Both the position numbers and the translations under genes were made by a program. 64,000 nucleotides of DNA, taken from the NCBI GenBank assembly GCA_965203175.1, contig OZ241867.1, positions 928,001 through 992,000 of the forward strand, written 5' to 3'. The notes under the pieces are model-generated. The model was not told the origin of the DNA. It worked only from the letters and a program-made list of their open reading frames with translations, and ran no database searches. Below are positions 1 to 8,572 of this stretch, in pieces; position 1 is the first letter of the stretch, and each line of letters begins with the position of its first letter. The DNA comes from Candidatus Latescibacterota bacterium (lineage in GTDB: Bacteria; Latescibacterota; UBA2968; UBA8231).

Positions 1-161
1 AAGGCGAGACCGGCCATAAAGGCGGCTAGGACGATGCTGACAGCAAAGGTGCTGACCCCGAACACGGGCATCAACATGCGCACCCAGACGACTTGATAGA
101 CGAGGGAGCAGGCCCCGGAAAAAAAGAATAGGACCAGCAGAGCCAAGGGGGTTTTGCTCAC
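1..161 (-). CDS. Fused MFS/spermidine synthase-like membrane protein, N-terminal part (runs off window)
   Basis: Manual translation from GTG at 161: MSKTPLALLVLFFFSGACSLVYQVVWVRMLMPVFGVSTFAVSIVLAAFMAGLA, the typical FFxSGxxxLxYQ/EVVW N-terminus. Confidence 0.75.
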   Translation of the reverse strand, partial: MSKTPLALLVLFFFSGACSLVYQVVWVRMLMPVFGVSTFAVSIVLAAFMAGLA

Positions 162-237
162 GACCGATCCTTTGTATAGCAATTCGTAGTCATTTACAAA
201 TGATAAGCATGGGTTGGTTCCCCAACACTTGCAAAAA

Positions 238-264
238 GTCATTCCGGTGAATATCAGAATCCAG
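238..264. repeat. Degenerate short palindromic REP-like element
   Basis: GTCATTCCGGTGAATATCAGAATCCAG resembles the widespread GTCATTCCCGCGAAAGCGGGAATCCAG-type hairpin. Confidence 0.4.
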
Positions 265-332
265 AGGGACGGTCTGAGTGGCGATTTTCTATCCAAATTC
301 GTCACCGACCAGTTTCGTTCTAATTACGCTAT

Positions 333-358
333 TGAGTAAAATTACTCAGTAGTATAAT
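333..358 (+). promoter_or_regulatory. Palindromic operator TGAGTAA-AA-TTACTCA plus TATAAT (copy 1)
   Basis: 7-2-7 inverted repeat 333-348; TATAAT 353-358; ATG 9 nt later with no Shine-Dalgarno. Confidence 0.65.
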
Positions 359-459
359 TTAATCTGTATGGCACTCTTCCAACGTCCTCAAGTCGCCACG
401 CTCTACAGCCGTTTTCTATTCAAATTCGTCACCGACCAGTTTCGTGCTAATTACGCTAT

Positions 460-485
460 TGAGTAAAATTACTCAGTAGTATAAT
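460..485 (+). promoter_or_regulatory. Palindromic operator plus TATAAT (copy 2); likely leaderless or short-leader promoter of the AAA ATPase
   Basis: Inverted repeat 460-475; TATAAT 480-485; ATG at 495. Confidence 0.65.
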
Positions 486-494
486 TTAATCTGT

Positions 495-1745
495 ATGGCA
501 CTCTTCCAACGTCCTCAAGTCGCCACGCTCTACAGCCGGCTTGCCGAGCCGCCCCGGCAGCTTATTGCCCTGTTCGGGCCGCGCCAAACCGGCAAGACCA
601 CCATTGTGCGCCAAGCACTGCGGCAGATTGACCTCGAAAGCCGCTACTTGGCCGTTGATGAACCTGACTCTACCGAATTTCGCGTCCCATCCGCTACGAC
701 GGAGGCGACCTTCCTTGCTCCCCAAGTACGAGACGCGGAATGGCTGGTGCGCCACTGGGAAGAAGCCCGGCGCGAGGCGGAACAATTGGGGGGATTCGTG
801 CTGGTGTTCGACGAGATTCAGAAGGTTCCCCAGTGGTCGGAGATCATCAAGGGCCTGTGGGACGCCGACCGCGCCAGAGATTGTCCCTTGCACGTGGTCA
901 TCCTCGGCTCGGCCCCACTGCTCATGCAATCGGGATTGAGCGAGAGCCTCGCCGGCCGCTTTGAATCTATTCGCGTCACTCACTGGTCGTTCGACGAAAT
1001 GTCCGCGGCCTTCGACTTCGACCTGCCGCGCTACCTCTACTTTGGTAGCTACCCAGGCGCGGCTCCGTTCGTTCGGGACCCGGATCGATGGCGCGATTAT
1101 ATCCTCGGCGCACTCGTCGAGCCGAATATCGAACGCGACCTCCTCGCCATGACCCGAGTGGACAAACCAGCGCTGCTGAAGCGGCTTTTTGAGTTGGGAG
1201 CCGTCTATTCCGGGCAGATCCTGTCGTACACCAAAATGCTGGGACAGCTCCAAGACGCCGGCAACACGACCACCCTAGCGCGCTACCTCGATTTGCTTGC
1301 GAGCGCCGGATTGTTGGCTGGGGTGCCGAAATACGCGGGTCGAGTGCATCGGGTTCGCGCCTCAAGCCCCAAGCTCAATGTGCTCAACACGGCCCTGATG
1401 ACCGCCGGTTCAGGGTATTCCTTCGTTGAGGCGCAGGCGGACCGCAGCTTCTGGGGGCGCATCGTCGAGAGCGCGGTCGGCGCACACTTGTTCAACACTG
1501 CGACATCCGACATCCGTCTTCACTACTGGCGAGACGGGTCGCACGAGGTTGACTTCGTCCTGCAACGGGGCACTCGAATCGTCGCCATCGAAGTGAAAAG
1601 CGGCGCGAAGAGAATGCCCTTGGGAGGCATGGAAGAGTTTGAGCAGCGCTTTAGTCCCCGTCGCTCGCTGCTCGTTGGAGAAGGCGGGGTACCGCTCAAC
1701 GAGTTTCTCACGGCACCCGCTCATTACTGGTTCGAGGAAGCATGA
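495..1745 (+). CDS. ATP-binding protein, AAA_14 + DUF4143 (C-terminal PD-(D/E)XK-like)
   Basis: Walker A GPRQTGKTT, Walker B LVFDEIQK, LGS..ESLAGRF, C-terminal YWRD..EVDFV..IEVKSG. Confidence 0.9.
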   Translation: MALFQRPQVATLYSRLAEPPRQLIALFGPRQTGKTTIVRQALRQIDLESRYLAVDEPDSTEFRVPSATTEATFLAPQVRDAEWLVRHWEEARREAEQLGGFVLVFDEIQKVPQWSEIIKGLWDADRARDCPLHVVILGSAPLLMQSGLSESLAGRFESIRVTHWSFDEMSAAFDFDLPRYLYFGSYPGAAPFVRDPDRWRDYILGALVEPNIERDLLAMTRVDKPALLKRLFELGAVYSGQILSYTKMLGQLQDAGNTTTLARYLDLLASAGLLAGVPKYAGRVHRVRASSPKLNVLNTALMTAGSGYSFVEAQADRSFWGRIVESAVGAHLFNTATSDIRLHYWRDGSHEVDFVLQRGTRIVAIEVKSGAKRMPLGGMEEFEQRFSPRRSLLVGEGGVPLNEFLTAPAHYWFEEA

Positions 1746-4700
1746 GCATAATCGTCCCCCGTACCTGCACTGAAATCTCAGCGGAGAATGCGGATCAGCA
1801 TCGGGAGAAGGAGTCTCGGCCTCTCGAAGCGTTCCGGGATACACCGGCCTATGTGTTGCTTGGCGATCCTGGGGCAGGCAAGACGACTGCGTTTGAGGCC
1901 GAGTGCGAGGCGCTTGGGGAGAAAGCCTGCCTGATTATAGCCCGAGACTTCCTGACCTTCGACCCACAGAGCCATCCCGAATGGCAAGACAAGACGCTCT
2001 TTATCGACGGACTTGATGAAACCCGCGTCGGCGCGAACGACACTCGCACACCCTTTGACCAGATCCGTGGGCGTCTCGACGAGTTGGGGAAGCCCCACTT
2101 TCGCCTTTCGTGTCGGGAAGCGGACTGGCTAGGGGCAAATGATCAGAAGCACTTGGAATCTGTCTCACTGGACTCCAAGGTAACTGTTCTGCGGCTCAAT
2201 CCCCTGACGGATTCGGACATCGCCGACATCCTAAACACCAGATCGGACATCGGCGATGCTCAGGCATTTATCGCCTTAGCCCAAGAGCAGAGAGTTTATG
2301 AACTGCTGAAGAATCCACAGACCCTCAAGATGTTGGCCGATGTTGTGGCCCAAGGCGGCGGGTGGCCGAAAAGTCGCAAAGAAACTTTTGAGATGGCTTG
2401 TGGTCGGATGGTTCTCGAGCACAACGAAGAGCATCAAGCGGCGCAGGAATCAAAAAGTCCACCTGCACCCGACCGGCTCCTCGATGCCGCAGGGCGGCTC
2501 TGCGCTGTTCAATTGATTTCGGGTGCCGCCGGATACACGTTGCGCGGCCAAGCGGACGGAGAGTACCCCACTCCGGACCAGTGCGACTACGATAGCCACG
2601 AAGCGCTCCGATCTGCACTCGCCACGAAGTTATTCAAGGGCGTGTCCGATAACCGCTTCGCCCCGGTTCACCGCCACATCGCCGAATTCCTCGGTGCTCG
2701 GCACCTCGCCCAAGTCATTGACAGGGAGCCCCTCCCGGCGCGACGCATAATCGCCCTGATTGCGGGAGAGGACGGCACCGTGGTTACGGAGATGAGGGGC
2801 TTGTCGGCTTGGCTCGCGGCCCATTGCAAGGACGCCCGGGCGGACCTCATCGAACGCGATCCTATCGGCGTTGGGCTATACGGTGACATCCGCGAGTTCT
2901 CCACCGACGAGAAACGTGCGCTTTTGAAATGCTTGAACCGCGAGGCGTCCCGACTTGATTCCGCGTTTCTGAAAACCACGGCTTTTGGTGCGCTCGCCAC
3001 ACCCGATATGGAATCCCTACTAGGGGAAATCCTGAAGGGTAGCGCACGTGACAAGGACCACCAAATATTTATTGGATTCATATTGAACGTTTTGAGTGAA
3101 AGTAGCCCTCTACCGAATCTTTCCGAGATTCTGCTCGAAATCGTCCGCGACGACACGTGGTGGCCGGGTATCGATATATCGGCCCTTGGTGCCTTTATCA
3201 AAAACTGCCCGGACAGCCAAGATAAAACAAACATGCTCAAAGCGTTGCTGGCAGATATTCAAAACGGGAGTGTCTCCGGTCCAAATACCCAATACTTTGA
3301 GAGCCTGATAGCTCAGCAACTTGAGTCGGCGGCCCCTGACCCTATCAGTCGAAGCGTCAGCGAGGACCTGTCTCTAGAAGCCCCGCAGGAACATGCACGG
3401 GAAAACGAGCGGATAACGGCGATAGATATGGAGCGACTACGTCCCTCTTGGGCCACCCCGCCCAAGTCTCTGGCAAAAGAACAAGAACAAGAGGAATGGC
3501 TTAACCGTGTCCGGTCCAACAAGATCGCACTGTGTGAAAATCGCGCCACGCTCGATCTACTTTATCGCATAGGATTCGAGTACTTCGGATTCTTCTATGA
3601 TTTCAATGGCGATAAAGGACTGAAGTCCATCGAGAAGTGGCTTCTAGGCGACCACGGTTTGATCAATGCCGCTCTTGAGGGCCTTCAGGGCACGATTAAT
3701 CGGGAGGATGCTCCAGATGCCGAAGATATTCTCGGTCTTAAAGAGAAGGGCCGCACACATTATCTCGGCTTGCCGTTCCTTGCGGGCTTGGCCGAAGTCG
3801 AAAGGACAACGCCGGAAGATCCATCCCAATGGGACGACGACCAGATTCGCACGGCACTCGCTTTCTATTACTCTACGCCCCATGCCGATTATCGACCCAA
3901 ATGGTATCAACGCCTGCTTGTGGCGTGTCCTGAAATCGTCGCCGATGTGCAGAGGCAATTCGCCGTTTGTGAATTCCGCAGAAGTACTGAGCATATCTAC
4001 AAGCTCTATGAACTCGCATACGACCCGGACCACTCTCAAGTCGCCAAACACGCGAGCCTGCCCCTACTACGCGCCTTTCCGACTCGCTGCAAGCTAAAGC
4101 AGATTCAATCACTAGATTATCTGCTCTGGGCCGCAATTCAGCACGCGGACAGAGCGTCGCTTCAGGAAGTGATTGAAAAGAAGCTCTCCTCAAATAGCAT
4201 GAATGTCGCCCAACGTGTGCATTGGTTAGCGGCGAGCATCATCGTTTCGCCAAGGGCGCACAATGAGATCCTAAGCGACGTACGGGATCGAAAAGGCCGG
4301 ATTCATCACTTGGCTAAGTTTTTCTTCCCTGACGATCAAGTGCGACCTTCGCTCCCTGAACTGAGGGTTGAGGTCTTGGAACTCCTCATCCGCCTCGTTG
4401 GCAGCTACGTCGGCTCCGATAAGTGGAAGGAAGGAGGACTAGTTACGCCTGCGCAGCGAGCCTCTCACCTTGTCAACGACCTGATCCAACGCCTCGCCGC
4501 TTCTCCCACCAAGGACGCGAGCCAAGCACTGGCCGCGCTTCTTGCAGACCCGGCGCTATCGGCTTGGAGCGACGTTCTATCACGGGCGCAGGATGCCCAA
4601 CGGATCACTTGGCGCGACGCTAGCTATCGCCCCCCCACTATCGAGCAGGTCTGCCAGACATTGAATGGCGGTACGCCCGCCAACCCCGGCGATCTCGCAG

Positions 4701-5221
4701 CCCTCGTGATGGACCGACTGCGCGAGCTTGCCGTACATATACAAAGCGGCAATACCGACGACTGGAGTCAGTACTGGAACGAACCACACGGGCAGATTCC
4801 CACTCCGAAGCACGAAGACCGCTGCCGGGATATGTTACTTTCGGCTCTACAAGTACGTCTGCGTCTCCTGCAAGGAGTCGATGCCCAACCCGAGGGACAG
4901 TACGCCAATGATAAGAGAGCCGACATACGAGTTTCATACGGAGATTTTCAGGTGCCGGTAGAAATCAAAAGGAACATGAAACGCGATCTCTGGAGCACAC
5001 CGAGAAACCAATTGATCGCCCAGTACACGATTGACCCGAACACAGACGGCTACGGCATCTACTTAGTATTCTGGTTCGGCAAAGACCGCACGCAGCCACC
5101 TCCCTCCGGCACCCGCCCCGCTAACTCCGAAGAGCTAAAAAAACGACTAGAAGCGACCCTACCGCCCGACGAAGCGCGCAAAATCTCAGTCTGCGTGATC
5201 GACGTAAGCCGACCAGACTAA
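1742..5221 (+). CDS. NACHT/STAND NTPase with helical region and C-terminal restriction-endonuclease-like domain
   Basis: LLGDPGAGKTT, LFIDGLDE, RLSCR, NPQTL, HRHIAEFLGA; C-terminal PEGQYANDKRADIRV..PVEIKR; ATGA overlap with upstream gene. Confidence 0.8.
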   Translation: MSIIVPRTCTEISAENADQHREKESRPLEAFRDTPAYVLLGDPGAGKTTAFEAECEALGEKACLIIARDFLTFDPQSHPEWQDKTLFIDGLDETRVGANDTRTPFDQIRGRLDELGKPHFRLSCREADWLGANDQKHLESVSLDSKVTVLRLNPLTDSDIADILNTRSDIGDAQAFIALAQEQRVYELLKNPQTLKMLADVVAQGGGWPKSRKETFEMACGRMVLEHNEEHQAAQESKSPPAPDRLLDAAGRLCAVQLISGAAGYTLRGQADGEYPTPDQCDYDSHEALRSALATKLFKGVSDNRFAPVHRHIAEFLGARHLAQVIDREPLPARRIIALIAGEDGTVVTEMRGLSAWLAAHCKDARADLIERDPIGVGLYGDIREFSTDEKRALLKCLNREASRLDSAFLKTTAFGALATPDMESLLGEILKGSARDKDHQIFIGFILNVLSESSPLPNLSEILLEIVRDDTWWPGIDISALGAFIKNCPDSQDKTNMLKALLADIQNGSVSGPNTQYFESLIAQQLESAAPDPISRSVSEDLSLEAPQEHARENERITAIDMERLRPSWATPPKSLAKEQEQEEWLNRVRSNKIALCENRATLDLLYRIGFEYFGFFYDFNGDKGLKSIEKWLLGDHGLINAALEGLQGTINREDAPDAEDILGLKEKGRTHYLGLPFLAGLAEVERTTPEDPSQWDDDQIRTALAFYYSTPHADYRPKWYQRLLVACPEIVADVQRQFAVCEFRRSTEHIYKLYELAYDPDHSQVAKHASLPLLRAFPTRCKLKQIQSLDYLLWAAIQHADRASLQEVIEKKLSSNSMNVAQRVHWLAASIIVSPRAHNEILSDVRDRKGRIHHLAKFFFPDDQVRPSLPELRVEVLELLIRLVGSYVGSDKWKEGGLVTPAQRASHLVNDLIQRLAASPTKDASQALAALLADPALSAWSDVLSRAQDAQRITWRDASYRPPTIEQVCQTLNGGTPANPGDLAALVMDRLRELAVHIQSGNTDDWSQYWNEPHGQIPTPKHEDRCRDMLLSALQVRLRLLQGVDAQPEGQYANDKRADIRVSYGDFQVPVEIKRNMKRDLWSTPRNQLIAQYTIDPNTDGYGIYLVFWFGKDRTQPPPSGTRPANSEELKKRLEATLPPDEARKISVCVIDVSRPD

Positions 5222-5233
5222 TCGCAACAATCG

Positions 5234-5626
5234 CTATCCAGCGTTTTCAATCGGCTGGTGGAAGTAGTAACAAAGCCCGTCGGGGGCGACTACGAAGAAA
5301 ACCTGGTATCTCTTTCCATCGCGCTCGTCCACGCGCCAATTGCCCGTCTCGACCCCGTTCGCCTCTATCTCGTCGCGGGCCTTGTGGATGTCATTCACCA
5401 AAATAGCCGCGCCTTCTTGGCTGGCATCGCCGCCATTGACCGCAAACCCGATCTGCACACCGTCGCGTTCGAGAATAACTGTCGGCACGGGATCATCGCG
5501 CCTTTCGACCTCCACGAGTCCAAAGGCCGCGCCGTACCACCTTGCGGTTTGATCGAGGTCTTCCACCGGCAAGGCGAGGATATCCTCGGCATACGGAAAA
5601 GCAGCTTCGTATAGTTTCTCTGTCAT
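5234..5626 (-). CDS. VOC/glyoxalase family protein
   Basis: LPVEDLDQTARWY..FFVVAPDGLCYYF; start MTEK follows GGAGG SD. Confidence 0.8.
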   Translation of the reverse strand: MTEKLYEAAFPYAEDILALPVEDLDQTARWYGAAFGLVEVERRDDPVPTVILERDGVQIGFAVNGGDASQEGAAILVNDIHKARDEIEANGVETGNWRVDERDGKRYQVFFVVAPDGLCYYFHQPIENAG

Positions 5627-5923
5627 GTCTTGTTCCTCCGACAATAAAAAAGTAAAACGGAATTCTCCCAAAACGATTACTCGATGAGAATTATTGTTAC
5701 CACGTGGGCCACAGCAAGAAAAATAGTTACAGCTCAATAAAAAAATAAAATCCGTAATCTGCCGTACAGTTCGGTTATTGGATAAAAGCGGTTATCGCGG
5801 GCTATGCAACCGGCACTCGACGAGAGCCAGCCAAGGATCAGAAAAACGCTTGACAGAAGGGCGGGAGGTCGAGATTGTTGGCTACCTAATGGTACAGTCG
5901 CAAGCTATGAGAAGGAAAGAAAA

Positions 5924-6673
5924 ATGACGCAGGAAGAAGCCTGGTACTTCCGCCACAACGGCTTCCACCGTGTAGTTCGTCCCCTACCGAGAAAGCTGGT
6001 GGCTCGCCTGAACGCGGTCACGGACGAACAAATCGCGACTCTAGCGGAGCCCGTCGTGTGGGAAACCAGCACCACCTCGCGCACACCCCAAGACGTGCGT
6101 CGTTTGTCGAAAATCCTAGCGCGCGATCCAGTGTATCTCGAAGCAGCGACTCACCCGATCGTACTCAATGCTCTCGCGGGCATACTCGGCGACAACATCG
6201 AACTGCTGACGAACAAACACAACCACATCATGGTGCGGCCACCGAACTCGGCCCCGGTGCCGTGGCACGCCGGCGAGGAGTTGTACGAGCCGACCTTGAT
6301 CACGGCGCTCATTTATTTAGAAGAATCGACCATCGACAACGGCTGTGTGCACCTCATCCCGGGCAGTCACTTGCGGCCTTTCGCAAAGCCGCGCCGCCCC
6401 GGCGGCGACTTCCGGCGCAACCCATTATACCGGCGCTCCCTGCCCGTGCCCATGCCAGCGGGTGGCGTGCTGCTATTCAACGACTGCTGCTTCCACGGAG
6501 CCGACGTCAACCGCAGCAATGGCTCGCGGCGCAGCATGACCCTTGGGTACCGCGCGCACGACTCGCACGACGTGCTGAAGGACGATCCAGAAAAAATCCT
6601 CGTGCGCGGCGAACGGGCCTACACCGGCCATCCCCATCCATTCCCCAACCCGAAGAAAGGGAAGAATCAGTGA
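5924..6673 (+). CDS. PhyH-family Fe(II)/2-oxoglutarate oxygenase with H-A-G iron motif (candidate halogenase)
   Basis: FRHNGF N-terminus, WHAGE, YLEESTIDNGCVHLIPGSH, FHGADVNRS..RRS; ATG 5924 after AAGGA. Confidence 0.85.
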   Translation: MTQEEAWYFRHNGFHRVVRPLPRKLVARLNAVTDEQIATLAEPVVWETSTTSRTPQDVRRLSKILARDPVYLEAATHPIVLNALAGILGDNIELLTNKHNHIMVRPPNSAPVPWHAGEELYEPTLITALIYLEESTIDNGCVHLIPGSHLRPFAKPRRPGGDFRRNPLYRRSLPVPMPAGGVLLFNDCCFHGADVNRSNGSRRSMTLGYRAHDSHDVLKDDPEKILVRGERAYTGHPHPFPNPKKGKNQ

Positions 6674-7899
6674 CCACTTGGGAAGAAAACATCCAGCAAG
6701 CGAGAACTGCGGCGCTCGAAATCCTGCAACCGTCCGCGTCGCAGTTGGAGCATGGATTGGCCTTGCACCGCGACGCCATCGTGTGCGAGTCGTACAGCCT
6801 CGGGGTGATAGCACCAATCGACGGCGAGGCCATGGCACAGGCCGTGGAGGCGCGAGCCTCAGAGGTCGAGTTGCAGTACCTGTCGGAGCAGATGCGAATG
6901 ACGCGCTGGGCATACGACGACGAGCTAAAGGCTGAGTATCTGGGAGCCTGGGAGGCGTCCGGGGTGACCTGCGCCTTTCAAAATACTGGCGAGGAGGGCA
7001 ACAACCCCATGCGCATGTTGGGGCGGCTGGCGCACTATACCCATCTGACGGATCGCATGCGCGACCACGTGGCGCGCGCCGCCTTCCCTGACGACATCGT
7101 CGCTGCAAAAGCCGCCGGACGGCACTGCATCTACCAGACGTGTAACGGCGTGCCCCTCCCAGGAGAACAGGCTACGGTCGAGCAGGAACTGCGTTTCATC
7201 AGCCAGTTCTTCGAGCTTGGCTGCCGCATGATGCATCTGACCTACAACCGCCGCAATCCAATAGGCGACGGCTGTGCCGAACCGGCCAACGCCGGTCTGA
7301 GCGACTTTGGCCGTGCCGTGATCGCCGAGATGAACAAAGTCGGCGTGATTGCCGATGTGGCCCACTCCGGCTGGCAGACCTGCCTAGACGCAGCCGAGGT
7401 GTCGCAAAAGCCAATCGTCGCCAGCCATTCGGCCTGCGCGGCCCTGAACTACCACCATCGCTGCAAGCCGGACGAGGTGATGCGGGCAATAGCCGACAAG
7501 GGCGGAACCGTGGGCATCACCAATGTGCCGGCCTTTATCGGCGGCAGCGGCTGCATCGACGCCATGCTCGACCACATCGACCACGCGGTGCAAGTCGTCG
7601 GCGTCGACCACGTGACGATTGGCACGGATCGACCTTACATTAGCTGCCGCGCCCAAGAAGAGAGCGCCAAGGTACCGGCGCGACCGGGCAACCGCCCGCG
7701 CTGGGAGGCACTGTGGGAAGTCAACGATCCCGTGCAACGCGCAGAGTGGCGTCAGGAGCGCATGTTACAGAGCACGGCGTGGACGAACTTCCCGCTGTTC
7801 ACGGTCGGCATGGTGCAACGCGGTTATGCCGATGACGACATCCGCAAAATCCTCGGCGGCAACATTCTCAGAGTTGCCCGAGAGGTGCTGGGAGAGTAG
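6670..7899 (+). CDS. Membrane dipeptidase (M19)-like amidohydrolase, atypical metal site
   Basis: LTYNRRN.IGDG, GLSDFGRAVIAEMN, DVAHSG, ASHS, IGTD, ILGGNILRV; GTG overlaps upstream stop. Confidence 0.85.
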   Translation: MTTWEENIQQARTAALEILQPSASQLEHGLALHRDAIVCESYSLGVIAPIDGEAMAQAVEARASEVELQYLSEQMRMTRWAYDDELKAEYLGAWEASGVTCAFQNTGEEGNNPMRMLGRLAHYTHLTDRMRDHVARAAFPDDIVAAKAAGRHCIYQTCNGVPLPGEQATVEQELRFISQFFELGCRMMHLTYNRRNPIGDGCAEPANAGLSDFGRAVIAEMNKVGVIADVAHSGWQTCLDAAEVSQKPIVASHSACAALNYHHRCKPDEVMRAIADKGGTVGITNVPAFIGGSGCIDAMLDHIDHAVQVVGVDHVTIGTDRPYISCRAQEESAKVPARPGNRPRWEALWEVNDPVQRAEWRQERMLQSTAWTNFPLFTVGMVQRGYADDDIRKILGGNILRVAREVLGE

Positions 7900-7940
7900 G
7901 GAGCCGACACCTAATCCAGACAAAACGCGTGCGAATTCTT

Positions 7941-8558
7941 ATGAGCAACATCCCCATGCAAATCGACCCTAATACGATTGATACACGACCCGAACTGGTT
8001 TCGTCCAGCGAGGTGCTGGCTTCGGGCCAACGGGTTTATTTTCGCCCTTTGCGCACTGATCAAGCCGCTGAGTTAGGCGCGTACTTCACCGATTTGTCGC
8101 AGGCCACCCGCGGGGTGTACGGGCCGCACCCGTTTGACCAAGAGACGGCCGATGGCTTCTGCGCCGCGTTGGACAGCGCCCACACGCTGCGCATGCTGGC
8201 CTGGGTCGAGGAGGAGGGTATCGAGCGCATTGTGGCGTATTTCGTCGTCGAACTGGGCGTGCGGGGTGGGGACCGCCGGCGTTACGATGCACTGGATTTG
8301 GCCTTACACGACGAAACCGATTGCACCTTGGCCCCTTCCGTGGCCGATGCGTACCAGAGCCAGGGGCTGGGCAGTTTGATGATGCAGCATCTGCTCGGGC
8401 TATTGCCGCGGCTGGGGCGGCAGCGCATGCTGCTGTGGGGCGGAGTACGCGCGGACAATCCCCGCGCCGTCCACTTCTACACCAAATTCGGTTTTCGGCG
8501 CGTGGGCGATTTCGAGGCCGGGGGCACCAACAATTACGACATGATCGCAGACTTGTGA
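7941..8558 (+). CDS. GNAT N-acetyltransferase
   Basis: Motif A VADAYQSQGLGS; N.RAVHFYTKFGF. Confidence 0.85.
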   Translation: MSNIPMQIDPNTIDTRPELVSSSEVLASGQRVYFRPLRTDQAAELGAYFTDLSQATRGVYGPHPFDQETADGFCAALDSAHTLRMLAWVEEEGIERIVAYFVVELGVRGGDRRRYDALDLALHDETDCTLAPSVADAYQSQGLGSLMMQHLLGLLPRLGRQRMLLWGGVRADNPRAVHFYTKFGFRRVGDFEAGGTNNYDMIADL

Positions 8559-8572
8559 TAAGAGGAGAGGCA

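Larger units (their letters stand above)
285..538 (+). repeat. 127-bp tandem duplication (285-411, 412-538) of promoter, operator and first ~14 codons of the AAA ATPase
   Basis: Copies align end to end with 2 mismatches (atcca/attca, cgttct/cgtgct); ATGs at 368 and 495 are 127 apart. Confidence 0.95.

Noticed and set aside
285-538. Possible mobile-element direct repeats or att sites
   Set aside because: Copies are adjacent with nothing between them; no integrase or transposase in the window
486-1253. 255-aa antisense ORF and the many other overlapping ORFs in the track
   Set aside because: Shadow frames of GC-rich genes with no recognisable motifs
6058-6669. N-terminal extension making a 613-aa dipeptidase fusion
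   Set aside because: Overlaps the PhyH gene in another frame and reads as Arg/Pro-rich noise; GTG 6670 fits better. Same logic for extensions at 8321, 38312, 45878 and 59731
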